Shown: positions 9,724 through 19,322, counted from the first letter of the stretch. The stretch is DNA of 64,000 nt from Thermoanaerobaculaceae bacterium (GCA_963778565.1 CAVZUZ010000012.1:304578-368577); one strand, 5' to 3'. Numbers and translations are program-made. Notes: generated by a model not told the origin, from the letters alone.

Positions 9724-10960
9724 CACGGAGGGTTACTTCGGCCGGTACGGCGGCCGCTTCGTGCCGGAGACGCTGATGGCGCCGCTGGCCGAGCTGACCC
9801 GCGCCTACGATCGCGCGCAACGGTCCCGCGCCTTTCAACGCGAGCTGACCGCCCTGTTGAACGATTACGCCGGCCGTCCCACGCCGCTCTACTTCGCCGA
9901 ACGGCTGTCGGAGGAACTGGGCGGCGCGCGGATCTTCCTCAAGCGCGAGGACCTGCTGCACACCGGCGCCCACAAGATCAACAATGCCCTCGGCCAGTGC
10001 CTGCTCACCCGGATGATGGAGAAGGAGCGGGTGATCGCCGAGACCGGCGCCGGACAGCATGGCGTGGCGACGGCGACCGCCGCCGCCGCCCTCGGCCTCT
10101 CCTGCACGGTTTACATGGGCAGCGAGGACATGCGCCGCCAGCGGCTCAACGTGGACCGCATGCGGCTCCTCGGTGCGGAGGTGGTGCCGGTGGACGCCGG
10201 CAGCCGCACCCTGAAGGATGCCATCAACGAGGCGATGCGGGACTGGGTCACCACCGTCGGCACCACCCATTACGTGCTCGGATCGGTGCTCGGGCCGGAT
10301 CCCTTTCCCCGCATGGTCCGCGACTTCCACCGGGTGATCGGCGAGGAAGCGCGAATCCAGTTGAAGCGCCAGACCGGGAGCGAGGCACCCGACGTGGCGG
10401 TGGCCTGCGTCGGCGGCGGCAGCAACTCGATCGGCCTGTTCAGCGCGTTCCTGCAGGACAGCCGGGTGCGGCTGATCGGCGTCGAAGCCGGCGGCCGCAG
10501 CTCCGCCCTGGGCGAGCACGCGGCCCGCTTCGCGGGCGGCTCGCTCGGCGTGCTGCACGGCACCCGCACCTTCGTGCTCCAGGACGAGGAGGGGCAGATC
10601 GCCGCCACCCACTCGATCTCGGCCGGCCTCGACTATCCGGCCATCGGTCCCGAGCACGTCTGGCTGCACGACGCGGCACGGGTGGAGTACACCGCGGCCA
10701 GCGACGAGGAGGCGATCGCCGCCTTTCACCTGCTGGCTCGCACCGAGGGCATTCTGCCCGCCCTGGAGAGCGCGCACGCGATCGCCGAGGCCGCCAAGCG
10801 CGCGCCGCGGCTGTCGCGCAAGCGGGTCATCCTGGTGAATCTCTCGGGTCGCGGCGACAAGGACGTCGAGTCCGTGCTCGCCTGGAACCGCGGCGGCGCG
10901 GGAGACGGCAACGTCGAGTCCTTCGTGGCGGCGGCCGCCCGGCGGGGAGAGTCGCGATGA
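9698..10960 (+). CDS. trpB: Tryptophan synthase beta chain
   Basis: [27 protein letters not shown] (PLP lysine), [20 protein letters not shown]. Confidence 0.95.
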   Translation: MARPKPLPDTEGYFGRYGGRFVPETLMAPLAELTRAYDRAQRSRAFQRELTALLNDYAGRPTPLYFAERLSEELGGARIFLKREDLLHTGAHKINNALGQCLLTRMMEKERVIAETGAGQHGVATATAAAALGLSCTVYMGSEDMRRQRLNVDRMRLLGAEVVPVDAGSRTLKDAINEAMRDWVTTVGTTHYVLGSVLGPDPFPRMVRDFHRVIGEEARIQLKRQTGSEAPDVAVACVGGGSNSIGLFSAFLQDSRVRLIGVEAGGRSSALGEHAARFAGGSLGVLHGTRTFVLQDEEGQIAATHSISAGLDYPAIGPEHVWLHDAARVEYTAASDEEAIAAFHLLARTEGILPALESAHAIAEAAKRAPRLSRKRVILVNLSGRGDKDVESVLAWNRGGAGDGNVESFVAAAARRGESR

Positions 10961-11778
10961 GCGCGATCGACGAGGTCTTCTTCAATTGCTCGCATGAGGG
11001 GAGAGCGGCCTTCATCCCCTTCCTCATGGCCGGGGATCCGGACCTGGGGGCCACCGCCGAGTATCTGCAGGCGCTCGCGGCCGGCGGCGCGGACATCATC
11101 GAGCTGGGCGTGCCGTTCAGCGATCCGATCGCCGACGGTCCGGTCAACCAGCGCGCCGCGGTCCGGGCGCTCGCGTCCGGCACCAAGCTCTCGGGCATTC
11201 TGGAGCTCGTCGCGCGGCAGCGGGACCGGCTCCGCGTGCCTGTCATCCTCTTCACCTATTTCAACCCCGTCCATGCCCGGGGGATCGAGCGCTTCGCCGA
11301 ACAGGCGGCCGCCTCCGGCGTGGACGGCGTGCTCTGCGTCGATCTGCCGCCGGAGGAGGGCGAGCGTGAGCTCATCCCGGCCCTGCGCGGTCAGGGAGTG
11401 GACACCGTCTTTCTGCTGGCGCCCACCAGCACCCGCGAGCGGGTGAGCAAGGTAGCCGAGGCCTCCACGGGCTTCGTCTATTACGTCTCGCGCGCAGGCG
11501 TGACGGGAGAGCGCGCCGCGTTGCCCGGCGACCTCATGCGTGACGTCAAGCGCCTGCGCAAACGGCTCGACCAGCCGCTCGCGGTGGGTTTCGGCATTTC
11601 GACGCCACAGCAGGTCGCGGCGGTGGGGGAGATCGCCGACGGAGTGGTGGTCGGCAGCGCCCTGGTGCGGCTCGTGGAGGAGAGGCTGGGTGGCGCCGAG
11701 CTGCCCGCGTTGCTCGAGAGCCGGGTGCGCGAGCTCGCCGGGCCCCTGCGGCAACGCTCCGAGAAGAGGCGGGCTTGA
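10957..11778 (+). CDS. trpA: Tryptophan synthase alpha chain
   Basis: [49 protein letters not shown] 10957 overlaps the trpB stop (ATGA). Confidence 0.92.
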   Translation: MSAIDEVFFNCSHEGRAAFIPFLMAGDPDLGATAEYLQALAAGGADIIELGVPFSDPIADGPVNQRAAVRALASGTKLSGILELVARQRDRLRVPVILFTYFNPVHARGIERFAEQAAASGVDGVLCVDLPPEEGERELIPALRGQGVDTVFLLAPTSTRERVSKVAEASTGFVYYVSRAGVTGERAALPGDLMRDVKRLRKRLDQPLAVGFGISTPQQVAAVGEIADGVVVGSALVRLVEERLGGAELPALLESRVRELAGPLRQRSEKRRA

Positions 11779-12449
11779 TGCGCGAGCGCCGCCGCGAGGA
11801 GCGAGAGGTCGCAGCCGTGGTCCATGGACGCTATCTTTTCGAGGCGCCGGAGGCCGAGAGCTGTCCCCTCCTGGTGGGGTTTCACGGTTATGGCGAGAAC
11901 GCCGAGAAGCATCTGGAGGAGCTCCGCCGCCTGCCCTGCGCCTCCCGCCGGGTGCTCTGCGCCGTGCAGGCCCTGCACCCCTTCTATAACCGCTCGGGCG
12001 ACGTCATCGCCTCCTGGATGACCCGCCTGCAGCGGGAGCGGGCGATCCTCGACAACGTCCGCTACGTCGCCAGCGTGGTGGCCGGGCTGAAACGGGAGCT
12101 GCCCGGCTCCGAGCATCTCGTCTATCTCGGCTTCTCCCAGGGCGCGGCAATGGCTTACCGGGCCGCCGCGGGCTCCGGCCACTCCTGCCAGGGCGTGATC
12201 GTGCTGGGAGGGGATGTGCCGCCGGAGCTGGAAAGCCAGGACCTCAGCGGCTTCCCCCCCGTCCTCCTGGGCCGCGGCACCAGCGAAGAGTGGTACGACG
12301 CCGCCAAGATGGAGCACGACGTCGAGCTCCTGCGCCGCAAGGGAGCGGACGTCCGCCCCTGCGTGTTCGAGGGCGGCCATGAGTGGACGAACGAGTTCCG
12401 CGCCGCCGCCGGGCAGTTCCTGGAAGAGGTCTTGCGGCCGGTCTCTTAG
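11778..12449 (+). CDS. Alpha/beta hydrolase, phospholipase/carboxylesterase-like
   Basis: LLVGFHGYGEN and GFSQGAAMA (GxSxG nucleophile elbow). ATG overlaps the trpA stop by 1 nt. Confidence 0.7.
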   Translation: MRERRREEREVAAVVHGRYLFEAPEAESCPLLVGFHGYGENAEKHLEELRRLPCASRRVLCAVQALHPFYNRSGDVIASWMTRLQRERAILDNVRYVASVVAGLKRELPGSEHLVYLGFSQGAAMAYRAAAGSGHSCQGVIVLGGDVPPELESQDLSGFPPVLLGRGTSEEWYDAAKMEHDVELLRRKGADVRPCVFEGGHEWTNEFRAAAGQFLEEVLRPVS

Positions 12450-12514
12450 GGGTCTCGACGATCTTCGCCCCGCCAAGAATCGGAACTTTTTACCAGGCGG
12501 GGAAGGCGCGAAGC

Positions 12515-12552
12515 GGAAAAAGAAAAGGGGACGCCCGACTCGCGGGCGCCCC
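12515..12552 (-). terminator. Rho-independent terminator downstream of the minus-strand lipoprotein gene
   Basis: On the minus strand: GGGGGCGCCCGCGAGTCGGGCGTCCCC hairpin followed by TTTTCTTTTT. Confidence 0.7.
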
Positions 12553-12577
12553 CGGCACAAGCTCTCGAGATGGACGG

Positions 12578-12802
12578 CTACTGAGCCGGAGCCGGCTCGG
12601 ACGTGGTCATGTCCGTGCTCATGTCCGTGGTCATGTCCGTGCTCATGTCGGTCGACGGCATCGGCTCGGTCGTCGTTTCCATCATGTCGGTCGTCGCGGG
12701 GGTCTCCTCTTCCGTCGTTTCGTCCTTCTTGCACCCGGCGAACGGGACGAGCAGGAAGACCAGCAGGCAGAGAAGCAAGAGGTGAACGGACAGCTTCTTC
12801 AT
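12578..12802 (-). CDS. Small lipoprotein with Met/Thr/Asp-rich repeat tail
   Basis: Signal peptide MKKLSVHLLLLCLLVFLLVPFAGC (lipobox-like FAGC). Tail TDMSTDMTTDMSTDMTT is encoded by a 12-nt tandem repeat at about 12607-12655. Confidence 0.65.
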   Translation of the reverse strand: MKKLSVHLLLLCLLVFLLVPFAGCKKDETTEEETPATTDMMETTTEPMPSTDMSTDMTTDMSTDMTTSEPAPAQ

Positions 12803-12852
12803 TTTGTTTTCTCCCTTGTTAAATGCAACTGATTTAAGACGACAGGGCGATG

Positions 12853-13176
12853 TTAGCTCTCATCGCCCACTTTGACCAGATTGATGACCCTCCTCACGCC
12901 GTCCGTCTCCCGGGCGAGGTCCTCGGCCTTGCTGCGAGCTTCGGCCTTCTCCACCCGTCCCTGGAGCGTCACCACGCCCTCATTGGTGTCGACGTCGATG
13001 TTGAAGGGGTTGATGTCGCCATCGGCCGCCAGCTTTGCCTTCACGGCAGCCGTGATGACGGCGTCGTCGACCTGGGTTCCGGCCGTTTGGGTCGTGCTGC
13101 AGGCGCCCAATACCAGGGCCAGGGCCAGCGCGAAGCATACTACCGGTACACGCAGCAGCCAGTTGTTACGGTTCAT
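12853..13176 (-). CDS. BON-domain (OsmY-like) lipoprotein
   Basis: MNRNNWLLRVPVVCFALALALVLGAC lipobox, then DDAVITAAVKAKLAAD...IDVDTNEGVVTLQGRV...A..LA....GV..V.N.L (BON pattern). GAGGAGG before ATG 13176. Confidence 0.8.
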   Translation of the reverse strand: MNRNNWLLRVPVVCFALALALVLGACSTTQTAGTQVDDAVITAAVKAKLAADGDINPFNIDVDTNEGVVTLQGRVEKAEARSKAEDLARETDGVRRVINLVKVGDES

Positions 13177-13249
13177 GGGTTTCCTCCTCACTGTTGACTT
13201 TGTCGTTCGGGTCCCGTGGCATCGGATCCACGCGTACAGAGTTGCTCTG

Positions 13250-13266
13250 AAGCAGAATTTGTGCCA
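13250..13266 (-). promoter_or_regulatory. Sigma-54 (-24/-12) promoter upstream of the BON/lipoprotein genes
   Basis: Minus strand reads TGGCACAAATTCTGCTT, with GG-N10-GC spacing matching TGGCAC-N5-TTGCW. It lies ~75 nt upstream of ATG 13176 and just downstream of the sigma-54 activator gene. Confidence 0.6.
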
Positions 13267-13394
13267 CAGCCTCCTGTTCGAGTCACACAGTGAGTCGTCG
13301 GACGAGGCGGGAGTATACAACCTCCCGTGCGGCTCCTCAAGAGGGAGGAACCCGGTCGTTTCCGGCCGTGTCCGGCACCCCCGGGCGTTGCCGG

Positions 13395-14729
13395 CTACTC
13401 CACCCGGTAGGCGTTGAGGCGATTGTACAGGGTCTTGAGGCTGACGCCCAGCACGTCCGCCGTCTTCCGCTTGTTACCGCCGTACGCCTCCAGGGTGGTC
13501 ATGATGAGCCGGCGTTCGACCTCCTCGATCGAGGCGCCCACCTGGAAGTTGAGGCTGCGCACCGATCCGGAGTCGCCGCCCACCTCCCGGGGCAGCGCGC
13601 GCGGGGTGATCTCCTCGTCGGCCATGATGAACGCCCGGTGGACCACGTTCTTGAGCTCGCGCACATTGCCCGGCCACGAATGGTTGCGCAGGCGCTCCAG
13701 GGCCTCCTCGCTGAACTTCTTGCTTACGCCCTGGCGCTCGTTGAGCTGAGCGAGGAAGTACTCGGCCAGGAGCTGTATGTCGTCGCCGCGCTCGTTCAGC
13801 TGCGGCATGTGGATCGGGAACACCTGCAGGCGGTACAACAGATCCTCGCGCAGCTTTCCTTCCTGCACCGCTTTGTGGGGATCGCGATTCGTGGCGGCGA
13901 TCACCCTTACGTCCAGCTCTACCGCCTGGTCCCCGCCGATGCGCATGAGCTGGCCGGTCTCCAGCACCCGCAGGAGCTTGACCTGCAGCTCGATCGGCAT
14001 CTCGGAGATCTCGTCCAGGAAGAGGGTCCCCATGTGGGCACGCTCGAAGTAGCCCTTGTGACGCCGCTGGGCCCCCGTGAAGCTCCCCCGCTCGTGCCCG
14101 AACAGCTCGCTCTCGATCAAGGTGGGGGAGATGGCACCGCAATTGAGGGGCAGGAAGGGAGCCTTGGAGCGCCGCGAAAGCAGGTGGAGGGTCTGCGCGG
14201 CGAGATCCTTGCCGGTACCGCTCTCGCCGACCAAAAACACCGAGGCGTCGGTGGGCGCCACCCGTTTCATCATCTCGTAGACGGCCTGCATCGGCGGCGA
14301 AGCCCCGAGCAACAATCCCAGGCGGCCGACCTCCTCCTCCTCGGTGACGGGCGCGGCCGCCTGAGGAGCCAGCTGGATACTGGCCACGTTGGCCAGGATG
14401 GTCTTCAGCCGGCCGATGTCGAGCGGCTTGGTCAGATAGTCGCTGGCCCCCAGGCGCAAGGCCTGAACGGCGCTCTCGACGTCGGCGTGGCCGGTCATCA
14501 GAACCACCTCGGTCGAGGCGCCGAGCTCGAGATCCTTCAGCAGGTCGATGCCGCTGCCGTCGGGAAGGTAAAGATCGATCAGAGCCACGTCAGGGGTGCG
14601 ATGGCTGACTTGGGCGCGGGCGTCTCGCAATGTGCAGGCCGTATTGGTGGTGAAGCCCTGCCCTTCGATCAGCTCGGCGAGCGCGGAGAGAAAGTTGGGA
14701 TCGTCATCGACGGCGAGTGCATGTGGCAA
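13395..14729 (-). CDS. Sigma-54-dependent response regulator (NtrC-family enhancer-binding protein)
   Basis: Receiver domain (VALIDLYLPDGSG), AAA+ core (GESGTGKDL, ESELFGHERGSFTGA, GTLFLDEI), C-terminal Fis-type HTH (NKRKTADVLGVSLKTLYNRL). Confidence 0.92.
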   Translation of the reverse strand: MPHALAVDDDPNFLSALAELIEGQGFTTNTACTLRDARAQVSHRTPDVALIDLYLPDGSGIDLLKDLELGASTEVVLMTGHADVESAVQALRLGASDYLTKPLDIGRLKTILANVASIQLAPQAAAPVTEEEEVGRLGLLLGASPPMQAVYEMMKRVAPTDASVFLVGESGTGKDLAAQTLHLLSRRSKAPFLPLNCGAISPTLIESELFGHERGSFTGAQRRHKGYFERAHMGTLFLDEISEMPIELQVKLLRVLETGQLMRIGGDQAVELDVRVIAATNRDPHKAVQEGKLREDLLYRLQVFPIHMPQLNERGDDIQLLAEYFLAQLNERQGVSKKFSEEALERLRNHSWPGNVRELKNVVHRAFIMADEEITPRALPREVGGDSGSVRSLNFQVGASIEEVERRLIMTTLEAYGGNKRKTADVLGVSLKTLYNRLNAYRVE

Positions 14730-14737
14730 GGGTCACC

Positions 14738-15958
14738 TCAATCCTTCCTCGTGCTCTGGTCCCCTGGGAGGGTCAATTCTACCTCATAGGCGCGGGGGCT
14801 CCCGGCGTCCGGGTCCGACACCCGCGCCTCGCCGCCGTGGGCGGCGAGGATGGAGCGCGCCACCCAGAGCTGGGCTGCCGCGCCGCCAGAGGAGAAGTGG
14901 AGGTCGAAGTCCGGCGCCGGCGTCTGCGGGTTTGCGGCTGCACCTTCCCCGCCGCTCACTCCATAAGCGCGCAGGCGAGCCCTATCGTCCAACCGTTCCA
15001 GACGGAGATGGAGCGTCGCCTGCTTCGGTGCTTCGGCCAGGGCAGCCAAGACGACGTGGAGGAGCGCCTGCCGCAGCAGATAGCGGTTGCCCTCGGCCAC
15101 TACCGGCTCCTCCGGCAGCTCGGCTTTCACCTGCACCTGCTGCTTGCGGGCAGGAGCTACCAGAAGCGATGCCAGCTCCTCGACGAGCTCGCGCAGGTCC
15201 AGCGCCTCGATTTTGTCGCTCCGCGGCGAGACGTAAGCGAGGAAGATCTCGAGCCCGCGATGGAGCCGCGACAGCTCTTCCTTGAGCACGTTGACGTAGC
15301 GCAGCAGCTTGGGGTTGCTGCCCGGATCGGCGGCCCGTCCCGAAACGACCATCTCCTTGAGGAGCTCGATATTGAAGACCATCGCGTTGATCGGCGCCCG
15401 CAGGTCGTGGGCCACCGCCGGAGAGATCTGCGCCACCGATCGCATCTGCGAAGTCAGGCGCAGGTCCGTCTCCAGTCCGGCCAGGGCCGCGAAGTCCTGG
15501 ACGAGCAGGATGCCGCCGCTCGCGGGGTCGCGGCGCCAGTCGAAAAGCACGCGTCGCGCCGGTTCCGTTTCGGCCTCTCCGGACGTGGATGTGCCCGCTG
15601 CAGCGCACAGGTCGAGGACGGCCCAGTGGGCGCTGCCTCCGGCGCCGTTCCAGCTCAGGCCGGCGCTCTGGAGTCGGCCCCTGAGCTCCTCCCAAAGGCG
15701 CTCCAGCTCGAATCCGTCAGCGCAGCCCAGGAGCTCCAAGGCCCGCGGGTCGGCGAAACTCACGTTCCCCTCGGGATCCAGAGTCAGGGCGCCGGGACCC
15801 AGGAGCGCCGCGAGATCGTCGTGCGGCGAGCCGGAAGGCGGCGGAATCAGCGAGTTCTCGGAGGAGCCCATGGCTCTTTCTCCCTTCGTGGCGCCGCCGC
15901 GGAAGCTCCGTCGGCGCGGCGGGTATTTATAAGAGCTGTACCGGCGCCGCGCAAGCAA
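14738..15958 (-). CDS. Cytoplasmic sensor histidine kinase; H-box intact, ATP-binding motifs look degenerate
   Basis: H-box VAHDLRAPINAM. No obvious TM segment. The C-terminal region aligns to HATPase_c but lacks the expected N-box Asn and GxGLGL. Confidence 0.75.
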   Translation of the reverse strand: MLARRRYSSYKYPPRRRSFRGGATKGERAMGSSENSLIPPPSGSPHDDLAALLGPGALTLDPEGNVSFADPRALELLGCADGFELERLWEELRGRLQSAGLSWNGAGGSAHWAVLDLCAAAGTSTSGEAETEPARRVLFDWRRDPASGGILLVQDFAALAGLETDLRLTSQMRSVAQISPAVAHDLRAPINAMVFNIELLKEMVVSGRAADPGSNPKLLRYVNVLKEELSRLHRGLEIFLAYVSPRSDKIEALDLRELVEELASLLVAPARKQQVQVKAELPEEPVVAEGNRYLLRQALLHVVLAALAEAPKQATLHLRLERLDDRARLRAYGVSGGEGAAANPQTPAPDFDLHFSSGGAAAQLWVARSILAAHGGEARVSDPDAGSPRAYEVELTLPGDQSTRKD

Positions 15959-15998
15959 GCGGCGTGCGGCTTCCTCCCTGGGAGGCGGAGGGCAATCC

Positions 15999-17543
15999 TC
16001 ATGAAAAGTCGGTAGTGGGCGCTTCAGCCGGCCGCGCCGCGAGCGCCGTGGCGAGGAACGCGTCGGCCCACCAGGAGACGTCGTGGCGCCGGACCTCCCG
16101 GCGCAGCTTCCGCATGCGCGCCATCCGTTCCCGGTCTTTCATCCGCAGGGCCCGGCGCAGGGTGCTCGCGATCCCCTGGGAGTCGAAAGGATTGACCAGC
16201 AGCGCGCCCTCGGCGAGCTGCGGCGCCGCCCCGGCGAACTCGGAGAGGATGAGCACGCCCCGCTCCTCGAGGTTGGCGGCACAGAACTCCTTGGCCGCCA
16301 GCTGCATTCCCGCCTTCAGCGGGGTGATCAGGGCCACGTCCGCCAGCCGGTAGTAAGCGAACAGCTCGTCCGGATCGAGCTCACGGTGCAGATAATGGAC
16401 GGGCACCCACCCGGGTCGGCCGAAGCGGCCGTTGATCTCTCCCACCAGGCGCTCGATCTCGGCCCGCAGCCCGGCATGCCAGGGCTGGCTCTCGCGGCTG
16501 GGAACCGCCACCTGCACCAGGGTCACGTGCTCCTGCAGCTCGGGATATCGTGTGAGCGCCTCGGCAAAAGCTCGCAGCTTCTCGGGGATGCCCTTGGCGC
16601 GGTCGATGCGGTCGACGCCGATCACCAGCTTGCGCCCGCGCAACGCCACCCGCAGGTTCTTCAACCGCGCCTCCACCTCCGGCCGCGCCGCTCGCTCTTC
16701 GATCCGCCGCGCGTCCACGCCGAGAGGAAACGCGCCGGCGCGCAGGTCGAAGGCGCCGCCGCTGCCGCGTCCCACCACCGCCCACATGGCGCCATCCACC
16801 TGCGCCTGGATGGTTGGGCGCGTCAGCTCCCGCACGCAGGCCAGGAAGTGCTCCAGGTCACGCTCGGTCTGGAAACCCACCTGGTCGAAGGCCAGGAGGC
16901 CGGCGAGCAGGCGGTCCCGCCAGGGGAGCTTCAGGAACAGGTCGGGCGTCGGGAACGGCAGGTGGAGGAAAAACGCCGTCCGGCAGGAGACGCCCAGCCG
17001 CCGCAGCCCGACGGCCAAATTCATCAGCAGGTGGTCGTGCACCCAGACCAGGTCCGCTCCGGAGGCACCGCGAGCCACCGTCTTGGCGGCCACTTGCGCG
17101 AACTTCCGGTTCACCTTCAGGAAGGCCTGCCAGTGGGCGGGAGAGGCGCTGCACTCGAGCGGCAGGTCGTGAAACAGCGGCCACAGGACCTCGCTCGAGA
17201 ATCCGCCGTAACCGAGACGCTTTTCCTGGGCGGTGAGCAGCACGGGGCGGAGCGAGAAGCCGCCTTCCTGGATGGCGCCGGCCAGCACCTTGCGCAGCCC
17301 GGGAACCTTCTCGGAGGTCGCTCCCGGCCGGCCGATCCAGACTCCCCGCCGCTGCCGCAGTACCGGCGTCAGCGCGGAAATCAGCGCGCCTCCGGCCGGC
17401 GAGACGCGCCAGCCCTGGCCGCTTTCGCGGTGCAGGACGATGGGGAGGCGGTCGGAGAGGACGACGCAACGCCCCGTCGCTCGGAGCACGGGTGGCAGCC
17501 CGGGGGGATACGGATCGGAGACGGCGGAGGCAGAGGTGCTCAT
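15999..17543 (-). CDS. otsA: Alpha,alpha-trehalose-phosphate synthase (GT20)
   Basis: LPIVLHRE..GW.VSPAGGALISAL, VWVHDHLLM, GVDRIDRAKGIPEKL, VQVAVPSRE, ITPLKAGMQLAAKEF. ATG 17543 chosen inside ORF 15999..17813. Confidence 0.88.
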   Translation of the reverse strand: MSTSASAVSDPYPPGLPPVLRATGRCVVLSDRLPIVLHRESGQGWRVSPAGGALISALTPVLRQRRGVWIGRPGATSEKVPGLRKVLAGAIQEGGFSLRPVLLTAQEKRLGYGGFSSEVLWPLFHDLPLECSASPAHWQAFLKVNRKFAQVAAKTVARGASGADLVWVHDHLLMNLAVGLRRLGVSCRTAFFLHLPFPTPDLFLKLPWRDRLLAGLLAFDQVGFQTERDLEHFLACVRELTRPTIQAQVDGAMWAVVGRGSGGAFDLRAGAFPLGVDARRIEERAARPEVEARLKNLRVALRGRKLVIGVDRIDRAKGIPEKLRAFAEALTRYPELQEHVTLVQVAVPSRESQPWHAGLRAEIERLVGEINGRFGRPGWVPVHYLHRELDPDELFAYYRLADVALITPLKAGMQLAAKEFCAANLEERGVLILSEFAGAAPQLAEGALLVNPFDSQGIASTLRRALRMKDRERMARMRKLRREVRRHDVSWWADAFLATALAARPAEAPTTDFS

Positions 17544-17842
17544 GAATCCCCTTCCAGGAATCTGCAAGTCAAGCTTGAGAACGGGACCCCCTTCGCGTCG
17601 AGAGGCTGCATGCCGCGAACATGAAGTTCCGCCACCGGATGCGTAGAGCCCGGACTGCAGGTTGCATGCCACGGCCACGGGCAGCGACCGGTTTGCTTCT
17701 CGGCAGTTTCGGGCACGGCTGATGCAGGGCGAAAGCCAGCCGCTGAGACGGCTGGACACGAGAGAAGCCGGTGCTCCGTTGAGGAAAGAGATGCCATCCG
17801 GTAATTCTTGCAACGACCGTCCGCAGTCCGGCCAAGGAGATC

Positions 17843-18946
17843 ATGTCGACCGCTATCGCCATGGACCGGAGCGACGAGCTCGATACCGGGGTGACCCTCG
17901 CGGTCTTCGTCGACCCCGTGGAGAGCGCCAAGGCCGCGGGCCTGCGTTACGTCACGGACGACGAGCCGGGCATCCGCCGCCGCAAGCGCGGCACAGGGTT
18001 CACCTATCTCGACTCCCAGGGGGGGACGGTCAAGGACCCGCGGCAACTCGAGCGCATCCGCAAGCTGGCGATCCCACCGGCGTGGACGGAGGTGTGGATC
18101 TGTGCCCGGCCCAACGGCCACCTGCAAGCCACCGGCAGGGATGCCAGGGGCCGAAAGCAGTACCGTTACCACTCCGGCTGGCGCCAGGTCCGTGACGAGA
18201 CCAAGTTCGGGCGCATGGCGGCCTTCGGCGAGGCCCTGCCGAAGATCCGCGAACGGATCGGGCGCCACCTCGCGCTCCAAGGCCTGCCGCGCGAGAGGGT
18301 GCTGGCCGCGGTGGTCAAGCTGCTCGAGACGACGCTGCTGCGCATCGGCAACCGGGAGTACGTCCGGCAGAACAACTCCTACGGCCTGACGACGCTGCGC
18401 GACCGGCACGTCGACATCTCCGGCGCCACGCTACGGTTCGAATTCCGCGGCAAGAGCGGCAAGGAGCAGTCGGTGGAGATCCAGGACCGGCGGCTGGCGC
18501 GCATCGTCAAGCAGTGCCGCGACTTGCCCGGCCAGAGGCTGTTCCAGTACGTCGATGACGAGGGGTTGCGACAGAGCGTCGGCTCGGAGGACGTGAACGC
18601 CTATCTGCGCGAGGCTACCGGCGAGGACTTCACCGCCAAGGACTTCCGCACCTGGGGCGGCACGGTGCTCGCCCTGAGCGCCCTCCTGAAGGCCGGCCCC
18701 TGCGAGACGGAGAAGGAAGCCGGCAAGGCCGTGGTCGAAGCGGTCAAACGGGTTGCCGGTGAATTGGGAAACCGGCCTGCCATCTGCCGCAAGTACTACA
18801 TCCATCCCGCGGTGATCGAATCGTTCCTCGAAGGCTCCCTGTCGCGGGCCCTCGCGGGCGAGCTGGAAGAGGGTTCCAGCGGCCTGCGCCGGCTCGAAGC
18901 CCAGGTGCTCTATCTGCTCAGCAGACCATCTCCTCCTGGTACATGA
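17843..18946 (+). CDS. DNA topoisomerase IB (poxvirus-like bacterial type)
   Basis: LRYVTDDEPGIRRR, IPPAWTEVWIC, GHLQATGRDARGRKQYRYH, TTLRDRHV, FEFRGKSGK, FTAKDFRTWGGT, CRKYYIHP (catalytic Tyr region). Confidence 0.88.
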   Translation: MSTAIAMDRSDELDTGVTLAVFVDPVESAKAAGLRYVTDDEPGIRRRKRGTGFTYLDSQGGTVKDPRQLERIRKLAIPPAWTEVWICARPNGHLQATGRDARGRKQYRYHSGWRQVRDETKFGRMAAFGEALPKIRERIGRHLALQGLPRERVLAAVVKLLETTLLRIGNREYVRQNNSYGLTTLRDRHVDISGATLRFEFRGKSGKEQSVEIQDRRLARIVKQCRDLPGQRLFQYVDDEGLRQSVGSEDVNAYLREATGEDFTAKDFRTWGGTVLALSALLKAGPCETEKEAGKAVVEAVKRVAGELGNRPAICRKYYIHPAVIESFLEGSLSRALAGELEEGSSGLRRLEAQVLYLLSRPSPPGT

Positions 18947-19160
18947 AGACCAGGTTCTGCTCCTCGAACTTGTCGAAGAACTCCGCCCAACTGATCTCCT
19001 GCAGGACCTCGCCGCTGTCGTAGTCGGGGAAGTCGATGCGCAGGCCTCCGGCGATCTTGTTCTGCTGCAGGGGGCTGACGACTGCGGCAGGCCGCCCGCC
19101 CCGCTCTTCCGCCCAACGGCGGATCTGCTCGTGGTCGGTCGTTGTCTTGGTCGATGGCAT
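18918..19160 (-). CDS. Small conserved hypothetical protein
   Basis: MPSTKTTTDHEQIRRWAEERGGRPA...LRIDFP...ISWAEFFDKFEEQNLVFMYQ. Convergently overlaps the topoisomerase IB 3' end by 29 nt. Confidence 0.55.
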   Translation of the reverse strand: MPSTKTTTDHEQIRRWAEERGGRPAAVVSPLQQNKIAGGLRIDFPDYDSGEVLQEISWAEFFDKFEEQNLVFMYQEEMVC

Positions 19161-19261
19161 GTCTACCCCTCCGCGCTGTTGTTACCCATTGACGATTTCA
19201 CCTCCGTTCGGACACAGCACCTGAAGCCAGGAACACGAAACAGAGGCCAATTCTTCCGCGA

Positions 19262-19295
19262 GGGAAAACAGGGGCGCGGCATGCCCGCGCCCCCG
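19262..19295 (-). terminator. Rho-independent terminator after the DUF892 gene
   Basis: Minus strand: GGGGCGCGGGCATGCCGCGCCCC hairpin followed by TGTTTTCCC. Confidence 0.55.
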
Positions 19296-19322
19296 CCCGG
19301 AATCTCGGCGCCGGGAGCGGGC

